Counted from the first letter of the stretch, positions 7,507 to 15,869 are shown. The stretch is DNA of 64,000 nucleotides from an uncultured virus (IMG/VR IMGVR_UViG_3300025322_000014) (IMGVR_UViG_3300025322_000014); one strand, 5' to 3'. Notes: generated from the sequence alone by a model not told the origin. Numbers and translations: made by a program.

Positions 7507-9606
7507 ATGGCGACTTTCATTTTTGATTGCGAGACAAATGCGCTGCTCGACACCGCTACGCAGTTACACTGCATCATGGAAAAAGTGTGCGATGAGGATC
7601 AATTCGTCGCTTATGTTCCCGACTGGCAGGTCGGGCGTGCCAAGGCTTGGGCGCAACTGATTTGCGACCTTACAGGGCAGAGCAAGGTTGACGTGCGGGC
7701 CTTATCGGACTTTTACCCCGTCGGGCACAAACTTGTCGGGCATAACGTCCTCGGCTTCGACATCCCGGTGGTACGGAAGCTGCTCGGGTACGACCTGACT
7801 GCGCACAACGAAGTGCTTGATACTTTGGTCCTTTCGCGATACTGCAACCCGGACCGGCCGGCGCACTCACTCAAATGGTGGGGCACGCAGGTTCAAATCG
7901 AAAAGGTTGAGATTAAAAGCTGGACGGACGGTACACTCGAGTCCTACTTGACGCGGTGTTACGTCGATACACGGATCAACGAAGCGGTACTTGACGCCCT
8001 CCGGGAGGAATTTCACGACCCGCGGCTTCGCGCAGGCTTTGAGCTGGCGTCGTTCACTTACTCCGAAATGTGTCGCCAAGAGCGCACCGGTGCGTTGTTT
8101 GATATCGCCGCTGCAAAAACCTTGCACCGCCGGCTCGAATACGAGATGTCCCACATCGCGGAAACAGTCGAACCGTGCTTTGGCGAAGCCCCTTTGCCAA
8201 AAGCAAGACAGCCGAAGTTTCCGGTTAGGCCGTACAAGAAGAATGGTGAGTTGACGGTATCCGCGCAGCGATACGGCGCCAAGATCGGAATCACGGGTGA
8301 CCTTCCACTACGCGAGTCTCTTGCAGCCGGCCCCGTCTTGCTTACCTCGCCAATCACGCTGAACAATCCTGATCAGGTGAAACAGTATTTGTTCAATAAC
8401 GGCTGGGCTCCCACAATCTGGCGCACGAAGAGACTAGAGCTAGACGGTAAAAGGCGCGTGCCGGATGAGCGGCGACTGAAGCGCGCGACCAAGTATCTAA
8501 AAGATACGTGGAGTAGCCCATATCGCGACATGTTGTGGGACCGGCTCGGGGTACCCCCGGATTACCGCAAGTCTCTGGCAGAGCTGCCTCCGGTGGTGCA
8601 ACAGAAGTTGGTCGAGCTGTTCGCGTTTTGCGGCAAGGAGCTACCTTCGTCGCCCCAATTCTGCCAGCCCGTGAGCAAAACAATTTGCCCCAATCTCGAG
8701 AAGATGGAGGGGAATATTGCCCAGCAGATCATCTCTTGGATGGCCCGCCGCAATCGGCGAGGGGTCCTTGAGAGCTGGCTTAGTCACCCACGGCTCGCGC
8801 GGGATGGTCGCCTCCCTGCGGGAGCGACAAGTATCACAAACACGCACCGGCAACGCCACACTGTAGTGGTGAACGTGCCGCAGGCGGGCGGAAAAGCGAT
8901 CTATGGTAAGGAAATGAGGTCCCTGTTCATCGCCCCATCAGGGTACGTGTGTGTAGGGGCTGATGCCAGCGGGCTCGAGAATCGGATCGCTGGGCACTAT
9001 ACAACGCCGTTTGATGGCGGCGACTACGCGCGAGTGCTTCTTGAGGGAGATACCCACACGGTTAACGCTGCGGCTTACTCTGCTGCGATTGGGCGCGAAG
9101 TCTCGCGTCATGAAAGCAAACCAATTACATACGGTACGATATACGGGGCAGGTACGCGGAAAATCTCCCTCATGCTTGATGTCTCGCTTGATACAGCGAA
9201 GCTAATGACTGAGGCCTTTTGGAAAGCTAATCCTGGGCTCTTGACCTACCGGAAACATCTCGAGCAGGAATGGGAACACAACAACCGCGAGTTTATTGGG
9301 GGTTTAGACGGGCGGCACATTCATACACGCAGCCGACACAGCTTGGTCAACGCCGCGTTCCAATCCGCCGGGGCGATCGTGATGGACCGGGCTTGGTGGG
9401 TTGCGAAGCCATTGCTTGAGCAACTTGACTACCAGCGTGTAGGGTATTGGCACGACGAATATCTATGTTATGCCGCGCCTGATGTTGCCGAGCAAGTCGG
9501 TGCGATTATTAAGCGTAGTATAGCGGAGGCCGGCCGCTACTACAGCTTGAATGTGCCTTTGGATGGCGAGTATCGAGTAGGTTCTTCATGGGCGGAGGTG
9601 CATTGA
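7507..9606 (+). CDS. polA: Family A DNA polymerase with 3'-5' exonuclease
   Basis: Exo motifs FDCET, GHNVLGFD, CYVD; pol motif A DASGLE, motif B RHESKPITYGTIYG, motif C HDE. Confidence 0.96.
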   Translation: MATFIFDCETNALLDTATQLHCIMEKVCDEDQFVAYVPDWQVGRAKAWAQLICDLTGQSKVDVRALSDFYPVGHKLVGHNVLGFDIPVVRKLLGYDLTAHNEVLDTLVLSRYCNPDRPAHSLKWWGTQVQIEKVEIKSWTDGTLESYLTRCYVDTRINEAVLDALREEFHDPRLRAGFELASFTYSEMCRQERTGALFDIAAAKTLHRRLEYEMSHIAETVEPCFGEAPLPKARQPKFPVRPYKKNGELTVSAQRYGAKIGITGDLPLRESLAAGPVLLTSPITLNNPDQVKQYLFNNGWAPTIWRTKRLELDGKRRVPDERRLKRATKYLKDTWSSPYRDMLWDRLGVPPDYRKSLAELPPVVQQKLVELFAFCGKELPSSPQFCQPVSKTICPNLEKMEGNIAQQIISWMARRNRRGVLESWLSHPRLARDGRLPAGATSITNTHRQRHTVVVNVPQAGGKAIYGKEMRSLFIAPSGYVCVGADASGLENRIAGHYTTPFDGGDYARVLLEGDTHTVNAAAYSAAIGREVSRHESKPITYGTIYGAGTRKISLMLDVSLDTAKLMTEAFWKANPGLLTYRKHLEQEWEHNNREFIGGLDGRHIHTRSRHSLVNAAFQSAGAIVMDRAWWVAKPLLEQLDYQRVGYWHDEYLCYAAPDVAEQVGAIIKRSIAEAGRYYSLNVPLDGEYRVGSSWAEVH

Positions 9607-9665
9607 TGGCCCTTATAAGACATGGCTTGGTTGGGCTACTACCGACGAAAATCCCCGGCCGACAT

Positions 9666-9693
9666 TTGACAAACTCGCCTAACTAAGTATAAT
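9666..9693 (+). promoter_or_regulatory. Strong sigma70-type promoter
   Basis: TTGACA-16 nt-TATAAT upstream of groES. Confidence 0.85.
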
Positions 9694-9748
9694 AAAGTAG
9701 TAGCCCTGCGGGATTCTAGTATTTACTCCAACAGAAAGGAACGCAACT

Positions 9749-10027
9749 ATGATCCGTCCGACTGACAACTTTGTTATTATCAAGCCGATTGCGCAGACCA
9801 CATCCCACGGCGGAATTATACTGCCCACAAAGTGCGGAGAACTCGGGACGGCTGCGGTTGTGGCGGTCGGCCCCGGTAGTATTGACAACAACGGCTGCCG
9901 GATTCCCACGGAGTGTGGTGTGTATGACAACGTTCTTTTCCTGAACGATCATGGCTTTGAACTCAACATTGAAGGCGAAAAGCACTTGCTTATACGCGCA
10001 GACGCCATCGTCGGGATTATAGAGTAG
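9749..10027 (+). CDS. groES: Co-chaperonin GroES
   Basis: MIRP..D.V.I, GGIILP, VVAVGPG, IEGEKHLLIRADAIVGII; 92 aa. Confidence 0.93.
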   Translation: MIRPTDNFVIIKPIAQTTSHGGIILPTKCGELGTAAVVAVGPGSIDNNGCRIPTECGVYDNVLFLNDHGFELNIEGEKHLLIRADAIVGIIE

Positions 10028-10138
10028 GACGGTTAGGCGGTGCTCCTGCACGGTCGCTCAAAAACTGCTCGCCATGTGCTGAGGGCTGGCGTTAACTGCC
10101 CTCTGCTTTTTTCTCCATTCTCGTGGAAGGAACTCGTA

Positions 10139-10357
10139 ATGTACAAGATTGTGCGCATGCAGTCGGAGACACCTGTTGGTTGGTGGGCTCTATCAAAAGG
10201 AGACTTTTTCGTGGATGACGGCCGTCTTCACCTTAAAGTCGATGACAATTATTGTATTGCTTTTGAAGGAGTTTCCTCTCCAGCACTAAGCACTAGAACC
10301 GGGCTTTCGAACACGAACCGCCTCAAGCCAGTTAATGTCGAGATAACGGTTTCATAA
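10139..10357 (+). CDS. Hypothetical protein
   Basis: AAGGA RBS; weakly similar to 10540..10758. Confidence 0.65.
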   Translation: MYKIVRMQSETPVGWWALSKGDFFVDDGRLHLKVDDNYCIAFEGVSSPALSTRTGLSNTNRLKPVNVEITVS

Positions 10358-10539
10358 GGCCGAGCTGAATTGGAGTTACCATGACGCAACGTGAGATTAA
10401 ACACATTCTCGAACTAATCGAAAAAATGCCAGGTGGTTAACGTAAGCTCACTCAAGCCGTTTGAAGCCGCCGCGGCCATGAAAGAAATTATTCTCGGGTG
10501 TTTGGCTTTTGACTTCCTAGCAAACTCGGAGACTAAGCG

Positions 10540-10758
10540 ATGACAATAACAGTTGTTCGGCGCTACAAAAAGTTAGAATTTGGTAACTTAGCCAATGGTG
10601 AGTTGTTCCGCCTAGCCGATAACAATTTACTTGGGGATTTGTACCACAAACGTGACGACAGTTTTGCGTATGAGTTTGCGTGCAGAGCTGTGAAGCATTT
10701 TGCGTTTGACGACGAGATCGTCCGCGTAGATGCCAACCTCGAGTGGTGGGATGCGTGA
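10540..10758 (+). CDS. Hypothetical protein
   Basis: GGAG RBS; 72 aa. Confidence 0.7.
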   Translation: MTITVVRRYKKLEFGNLANGELFRLADNNLLGDLYHKRDDSFAYEFACRAVKHFAFDDEIVRVDANLEWWDA

Positions 10759-10943
10759 AGATCAAAGACTGGGAAACGATCGACGGCAAGACCGTACGCG
10801 AATGGATGTGCTGCGGCCTGGTCTGGCAGATGATCATCACGCCGGTCTGGGAAGGATCGTGGTGGAACACACAGTGCCCGAAGTGCGGCGACGAAAAGGA
10901 ACCGCCGCCGGTTCCGATGGATCGTCCTGATTTCAAATGGTAA
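10755..10943 (+). CDS. Small Cys/Trp-rich protein
   Basis: GTGA overlap; CCG..CPKCG. Confidence 0.6.
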   Translation: MKIKDWETIDGKTVREWMCCGLVWQMIITPVWEGSWWNTQCPKCGDEKEPPPVPMDRPDFKW

Positions 10944-11160
10944 GAGGAGATCGCTCAATGATCGCTGGAGCATGCACCGATTGGAATTTCGCCGGGCCAA
11001 ATGTCAACGTGGCCCATGACTACCCTTGCCTACGACTCTGGAAGAAATCTGCCAAGCGGCCGCCGCGCACGCGACAGAACAGGTACGAATTACGCCTACG
11101 GCGTAATGGACACGCAACGACAAAGCCACGAGCACACTGAAATGCTTGTATGAAAGCATA

Positions 11161-11249
11161 GCCCTCCCAGTGGCGGTAGAGTTGGAGGGGCAGGCCCAGC
11201 AGGCGTAGCGTGTCCCGAGCTGGGTTGGTTGGACACCCAAGCCGCCACA
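11161..11249 (+). ncRNA. Candidate pseudoknotted structured RNA heading the tRNA-like array
   Basis: Pairings GCCCTCC/GGAGGGGC, GTGGCGG/CCGCCAC, CCCAGC/GCTGGG, GTGTCC/GGACAC. Confidence 0.45.
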
Positions 11250-11254
11250 TTTTT

Positions 11255-11326
11255 CACCCCGGTCGTTCAGCGGTAGGACACTTTCCATTCCGGAAAGAAA
11301 TATGGGTTCAATTCCCACTGGGGTGT
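11255..11326 (+). tRNA. tRNA-Glu(TTC)-like, atypical (A at position 33)
   Basis: CACCCCG/TGGGGTG acceptor, CTTTC-CATTCCG-GAAAG anticodon arm, GGTTCAATTCCC T arm. Confidence 0.65.
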
Positions 11327-11330
11327 TTTT

Positions 11331-11456
11331 TGCGGTGTAGATCAACGGTAGATCGTCGGGCAAAGCCGGGTGTCGCGAGTCCAAAGGGCTGTGACACGGC
11401 CAGCCACGCGCCCCGGCGTGGACCCAAACATTCCGGTTCGACTCCGGACGCCGCTC
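11331..11456 (+). ncRNA. Initiator-tRNA-shaped RNA with anticodon loop replaced by a ~62-nt structured insert
   Basis: TGCGGTG/CGCCGCT acceptor (1:72 mismatch), GATC/GATC D stem, TCGGG/CCCAA stem, TCCGG-TTCGACT-CCGGA T arm. Confidence 0.75.
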
Positions 11457-11457
11457 T

Positions 11458-11531
11458 GTGGCCGTCGCGTGTTGGTGTCGCGGGCCTGACTGTGGATCAG
11501 GTCGCGTGGGTTCGATTCCCACCGGCCACCC
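11458..11531 (+). tRNA. tRNA-His(GTG), no encoded G-1
   Basis: GTGGCCG/CGGCCAC acceptor, CCTGA-CTGTGGA-TCAGG, GGTTCGATTCCC. Confidence 0.8.
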
Positions 11532-11584
11532 TGCGGGAGCAAACATGAACGCGAAAAAATCGTACCACCTCAAGGAGTCCTATA

Positions 11585-11956
11585 ATGCCTGAGAAAAAGA
11601 AACGAAGTGATGCTGTTCGCGCGTGCGCAACGGCGGCTTGCGACAAATGGTTTTTGGAATCCGGGCGACATGTGTCCGGTAAGATTTTCTACCGCATACT
11701 GGCTGCACTTGAGGGCGCCATGCCCGCGCGCTTCAGCGAACGCCGACCTGCGGTGCCTGAGGAGCCACTGCCGCTTGAGAAGTTCATGGTGCCGGCGCAC
11801 AAACCGATGCTCGTTGAATGGCCTTGTGTTCGCGTCACTAATGATGACTCCGTCGCGCTGTCCACAACTGGCGATCCGGACGTGATTAAATTCCAACCGC
11901 GGCCCTGCGATGTTGTTTTGCCTATCAAAATGGACATACTAGATGACCCTACCTAA
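11585..11956 (+). CDS. Hypothetical protein
   Basis: AAGGAG RBS; 123 aa. Confidence 0.7.
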   Translation: MPEKKKRSDAVRACATAACDKWFLESGRHVSGKIFYRILAALEGAMPARFSERRPAVPEEPLPLEKFMVPAHKPMLVEWPCVRVTNDDSVALSTTGDPDVIKFQPRPCDVVLPIKMDILDDPT

Positions 11957-12118
11957 ACTTCTTCTGCGCCGCGATGGTAAGCAATGGTATGTAAGGGGAC
12001 TACCGGAGTATGAAGTCGACGGGGAGTGGTTCACTGAAGTCGGCCCGTACGATTCCCGTGCCGAGGCAAGTGAATCTCGAGACTCAATGATGTTTGTCTT
12101 TCAAGACTTGGAGAAACC

Positions 12119-12418
12119 ATGAAAGTAAGAGTATCAATCGAAACGGTTAACTGCGACCTTAACGACGATTATTTGGATCCCATCAGCGTGAGTTGTGTCG
12201 ACGACAAGCTGCATTATGCTCTCGCGAGGTGCTTGCGAGCTGTTGATCCTCCGAGGATGTATAACGAGCTTGCCAAAGTAGTTGATTATGTGGCCGATTG
12301 CGACACAACGTCAGAACTTTCAGTCGTCAAGAACGAAACGTTGCTATTTATTCTCGCAGCACGTGATCTAGTTGACCGATACCGGGCTCTCGACAAAGGG
12401 AACTTTGATCGTGTTTGA
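12119..12418 (+). CDS. Hypothetical protein
   Basis: GGAG RBS; 99 aa. Confidence 0.7.
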   Translation: MKVRVSIETVNCDLNDDYLDPISVSCVDDKLHYALARCLRAVDPPRMYNELAKVVDYVADCDTTSELSVVKNETLLFILAARDLVDRYRALDKGNFDRV

Positions 12419-13637
12419 GATCATAAACGCCGAGTGCTTGAGCTATCTCGAAAGTACAACAGAGGTTTCGCTTTGGCATACCATCTTCGCCGACCCGCCG
12501 GATAACATCGGGCTGAAGTATGGGAGCTATGCGGACAACGCGCCGCAAAACGACTATACCAAGACCATGAGGCGATGGATTGAAACTTTCATCGACCATG
12601 CGGAGACAGTCTGGCTGTCGTACAATGCAAAGTGGACGTTTGAAGTCGGAGCGATCGTCAAGAATTTATTGGATGCGCAGCCGTTTTTGAACGCGAAGGC
12701 GTGCGTGCAGACGTTTACTTTCGGTCAGCATAATCAAAAAGACCTTGGGAACAACCACCGTCCGCTGATTCGACTGCAGTGGAATTATGCCAAGCTATAC
12801 CCAGATGCAATCCGCATCCCATCCTGGAGGCAAGAAAACGACGACAAGCGAGCCGACCCACGTGGCCGTGTGCCTGGGGATGCCGCTGAATTTAACCCGC
12901 CCGATACTAAACCATTACCGATATGGGCTCCACAAGACATTATACGATTTCTTGCAAAAGTGCAGCAGGCAGAAAACCATGAATGTTGGGAATGGACCGC
13001 TGGGAAAACTAATGGATATGGCCAGTTTAGAATTGGCACGAATCACTATAGGGCTCCTCGGTTGATGTGGCGGCTTGCGCACGGCTCTGATCCTATGGGC
13101 TCATTGGTCCTGCATGCCTGTGACAATCCTGGATGCTGCAATCCATCCCATCTGTTCTTGGGGTCTGCTTCAGACAACAGCAATGACATGAAACAAAAGG
13201 GGCGAGCAAAACTCTTTATGGGAGAAGAGCATGGCCAAGCGAAATTGTCGGATGAGGCAGTGATTGAAATTTATTGCTCAAGCGAAACGTGCGCAGATCT
13301 AGCCCGAAAGCATGGTGTATCCTCCAGCCTCATTTCTCGTATACGTACAGGCAAGAATTGGACACATGTTACAAGAGATTTACCCCTCTCTGATGTTTTC
13401 AGATTTTCAAGAGTGACCGGGAATTCTAAACAACGAAGGAAGTTCCATCCGACGCAACTTCACGAAGGACTAGTCGAGCGATGTCTGAAGCTGACTACAC
13501 CTCCCGGCGGGAGTGTTCTTGATCCCTTCGGGGGTACGGGAACCACTCTGCGAGTCTGCCGGCGACTAGGTTTTGACTGTACCCTCGTCGAGATTGATCC
13601 GTTTTACTGCGAGAAGATCAGGGAAGAGCACTCCTGA
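12411..13637 (+). CDS. N4/N6 DNA methyltransferase (beta-type order) with in-frame HNH endonuclease + HTH insert
   Basis: ADPPDN near N-term, HPTQ and VLDPFGGTGTT near C-term; internal CWEW..GYG..LHACDNPGCCNPSHL..N..D. Confidence 0.9.
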   Translation: MFEIINAECLSYLESTTEVSLWHTIFADPPDNIGLKYGSYADNAPQNDYTKTMRRWIETFIDHAETVWLSYNAKWTFEVGAIVKNLLDAQPFLNAKACVQTFTFGQHNQKDLGNNHRPLIRLQWNYAKLYPDAIRIPSWRQENDDKRADPRGRVPGDAAEFNPPDTKPLPIWAPQDIIRFLAKVQQAENHECWEWTAGKTNGYGQFRIGTNHYRAPRLMWRLAHGSDPMGSLVLHACDNPGCCNPSHLFLGSASDNSNDMKQKGRAKLFMGEEHGQAKLSDEAVIEIYCSSETCADLARKHGVSSSLISRIRTGKNWTHVTRDLPLSDVFRFSRVTGNSKQRRKFHPTQLHEGLVERCLKLTTPPGGSVLDPFGGTGTTLRVCRRLGFDCTLVEIDPFYCEKIREEHS

Positions 13638-13695
13638 CAAAGGCTACCCAATTGCTAGGCCAATTAAACTAGGTTGCTACCTCGGAGAAAATCTT

Positions 13696-14109
13696 ATGAA
13701 CGTTTATGTTATAATGCATGGCGAGTACTCTGATCAGCGTATCACTGCGGTGTTCAGCGAAGACTATTATACTGAGGCAAAAAAGTTTGCCGAGTTATCG
13801 GACGGTTATCTGCAGGAATTTGAATTAAATTCTTTGCAACCCGAAGATCCCCCGGCAGGCAAGATATTTGTGAGGCTCAACATGCTAAAGGATGGCACTG
13901 TGGCTTCTATCTGGACAGAACATCCGCTTGACTATCAGGGAAAAAGGCGCAAATCTACTTATAGCGTGGACAACGTCATCCGATGGAATCTAGCAGCTCA
14001 CCTATACGCTCTCTCTGAGGAGCACGCCATCAAAGTAGTAAATGAGTTGCGCGGGCACATCCTTGCTGGCTGCACCCCGAACACCAATAACGATTGGCAA
14101 TCTTGTTAG
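13696..14109 (+). CDS. Hypothetical phage protein
   Basis: GGAG RBS; MNVYVIMHGEYSD..I.AVFS N-terminus. Confidence 0.75.
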   Translation: MNVYVIMHGEYSDQRITAVFSEDYYTEAKKFAELSDGYLQEFELNSLQPEDPPAGKIFVRLNMLKDGTVASIWTEHPLDYQGKRRKSTYSVDNVIRWNLAAHLYALSEEHAIKVVNELRGHILAGCTPNTNNDWQSC

Positions 14110-14137
14110 TATGACAGCAAAGGCTGGCGAGTAGTTT

Positions 14138-14219
14138 GCGTCGGCACCGGGCATTGGCGAGCCCAAGTGACTGTAAATCACCCGCTTCGGCTGTGCAGGT
14201 TCGACTCCTGCCCGGCGCA
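14138..14219 (+). tRNA. tRNA-Tyr(GTA)
   Basis: GCGTCGG/CCGGCGC acceptor, GTGA-CTGTAAA-TCAC, long variable arm, GGTTCGACTCC. Confidence 0.85.
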
Positions 14220-14237
14220 CTCCTGCGGAGCAATGAG

Positions 14238-14468
14238 ATGAGTAAGATTTGGTTTGAAGGCCAGTATGGTATGTCGAATTTTAAGGCTGCCGAATTCCAC
14301 GGTACGGTCTACTGGGCCACAAACGGCGAGGGATACGCGGCGGTGTTTAATGGTTGGACACTTAAGAAGAGGTTTTCAAGCGTTGACGAAGCCAAAAGAG
14401 CCGTTGAGAAACTGGCCAGGACGAAAGCTACCCAATTGTTGGACCTGCTCGGTCCTACGGAGCAATGA
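14238..14468 (+). CDS. Hypothetical protein, paralog of 14829..15062
   Basis: MSKIWFEG..FHG.VY..FNG..KK.F..EKLAR.KATQLL shared. Confidence 0.8.
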   Translation: MSKIWFEGQYGMSNFKAAEFHGTVYWATNGEGYAAVFNGWTLKKRFSSVDEAKRAVEKLARTKATQLLDLLGPTEQ

Positions 14469-14469
14469 G

Positions 14470-14808
14470 ATGAACGAGCCACTCGTGCAATTAACCATCA
14501 CCGAGATGTCAATGATCCACAAAGCCAGAAATAAAGAGTGTAGAGCTGCGTGGGATCGGCACAAGGAAGCCGAGGCGATAGGAGACAAAGCCGGCTCGGC
14601 TGCAGCTAGAGCGGAATATGATGACGTTTGTGCGTTCATGGATTTTTGGAGTAACCTTATCCGGCAGGACAAGGCCCTAGGGGTCGAAACCGAAATGTGC
14701 TTTATTTGTACGCACTACTACAACAAAGAAGATGAGTGTCTTCGTGACGGAATAAATTTATGTCCTGATTGCGCTGAAAATAGATACAATCCACCGTGGT
14801 ACAACTAG
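14470..14808 (+). CDS. Hypothetical protein with C-terminal CxxC pairs
   Basis: Same GGAGCAATGAGATG leader as both flanking paralogs. Confidence 0.75.
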   Translation: MNEPLVQLTITEMSMIHKARNKECRAAWDRHKEAEAIGDKAGSAAARAEYDDVCAFMDFWSNLIRQDKALGVETEMCFICTHYYNKEDECLRDGINLCPDCAENRYNPPWYN

Positions 14809-14828
14809 CACTCTTGCGGAGCAATGAG

Positions 14829-15062
14829 ATGAGTGAAATTTGGTTTGAAGGCCCGTACGGTACGTTGAAATTTCATGCTGCTGGATTCCATGGATCGGTA
14901 TATTCGGCCGCGGACGGAGGAGGATTCAAGGCCGAATTCAACGGCCGGGCAATCAAAAAGAAATTTTTTACGACTTGTAAAGCAAAGAAAGCTATGGAGA
15001 AACTGGCAAGGCTGAAAGCTACCCAATTGCTAGCGTGTCTAGACGCTGGCATCAGCGATTAG
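14829..15062 (+). CDS. Hypothetical protein, paralog of 14238..14468
   Basis: Clear aa and nt similarity. Confidence 0.8.
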   Translation: MSEIWFEGPYGTLKFHAAGFHGSVYSAADGGGFKAEFNGRAIKKKFFTTCKAKKAMEKLARLKATQLLACLDAGISD

Positions 15063-15113
15063 CCCTTCTTATGTGCTATTATTGATACCGTGAGTATCAA
15101 AAACGACGCAAAA

Positions 15114-15869
15114 CTAAAGAGCCTGCTGGAACGGCACGCAGCCAAGAATCTTGTCAACTGCCCAGCTTAAATCTGGGATCTCGACTTCCTCATGCGCCCC
15201 GCCCAGACGAATCCAGATCAGAGTCATCAACTCGGCGCCGTAGTTGTAGCGATCAGCTAGGATCCGGCGGTACAGGTTAAGCTGGAGCGCGTAGTGCCAG
15301 ACGTTGCTGTCGTGGAGTTTTCGCAGCGGCGTCTTCATCCGCTTGTATCCCGCCAGGTCGATTTTAGCTGAGGTTTTGAAGTCAACAATGGCAGGCACCC
15401 CACGCAAGCTGCAGACTAGGTCGCAGGTCCCCGCGATACCCCACTCGGGCTGACAGATGCGAACCTCTGGGACGGCCCAGCCAAACGACAGCTCAGCATG
15501 AGCCTCGTAGAAACCCCAGACGCCCAGGTAATACCCCCCGGCCGGACGGTTTGGGGGGACCTCCCCCCTCGTCCATGCTCCGCAGGAATTGACCTGGTGC
15601 GCGATTCGCTCCGCCTCTTGGTGCACCTCCGTACCGAGATCGGCGGCGTCCTGTCCCTTCTGGTGCCAGTCCTGGAGCACTGAATCGACCGATCTTCCTT
15701 CACGGTAGGCTACCCTACCGGCGTGAAACTGGGCATCAAAGGGGTGCGAGAAGGATTCGACAACGCGGGTAACGGACGTTAACCGCTGCCCGCGGTACGT
15801 GTAGGCGTGCTCCGCAGGATCGAAGACAAGATCGGAGTCGAAGAAATCATCCTGTGTTAGAGTACCCAC
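15114..15869 (-). CDS. PD-(D/E)XK exonuclease (Cas4/RecB-like)
   Basis: SVT, GTEVH, IAGTCDL..IVDFKT, YALQLNLY. Confidence 0.88.
   Translation of the reverse strand: MGTLTQDDFFDSDLVFDPAEHAYTYRGQRLTSVTRVVESFSHPFDAQFHAGRVAYREGRSVDSVLQDWHQKGQDAADLGTEVHQEAERIAHQVNSCGAWTRGEVPPNRPAGGYYLGVWGFYEAHAELSFGWAVPEVRICQPEWGIAGTCDLVCSLRGVPAIVDFKTSAKIDLAGYKRMKTPLRKLHDSNVWHYALQLNLYRRILADRYNYGAELMTLIWIRLGGAHEEVEIPDLSWAVDKILGCVPFQQAL

Noticed and set aside
12882..13394. Intein or group I intron in the methyltransferase
   Set aside because: No Cys/Ser start, no His-Asn end followed by Cys/Ser/Thr, and the insert is fully coding with no room for a ribozyme core
15114..15869. CRISPR-associated Cas4 system
   Set aside because: No array or other cas genes and no evident Fe-S Cys cluster; treated as a stand-alone phage exonuclease
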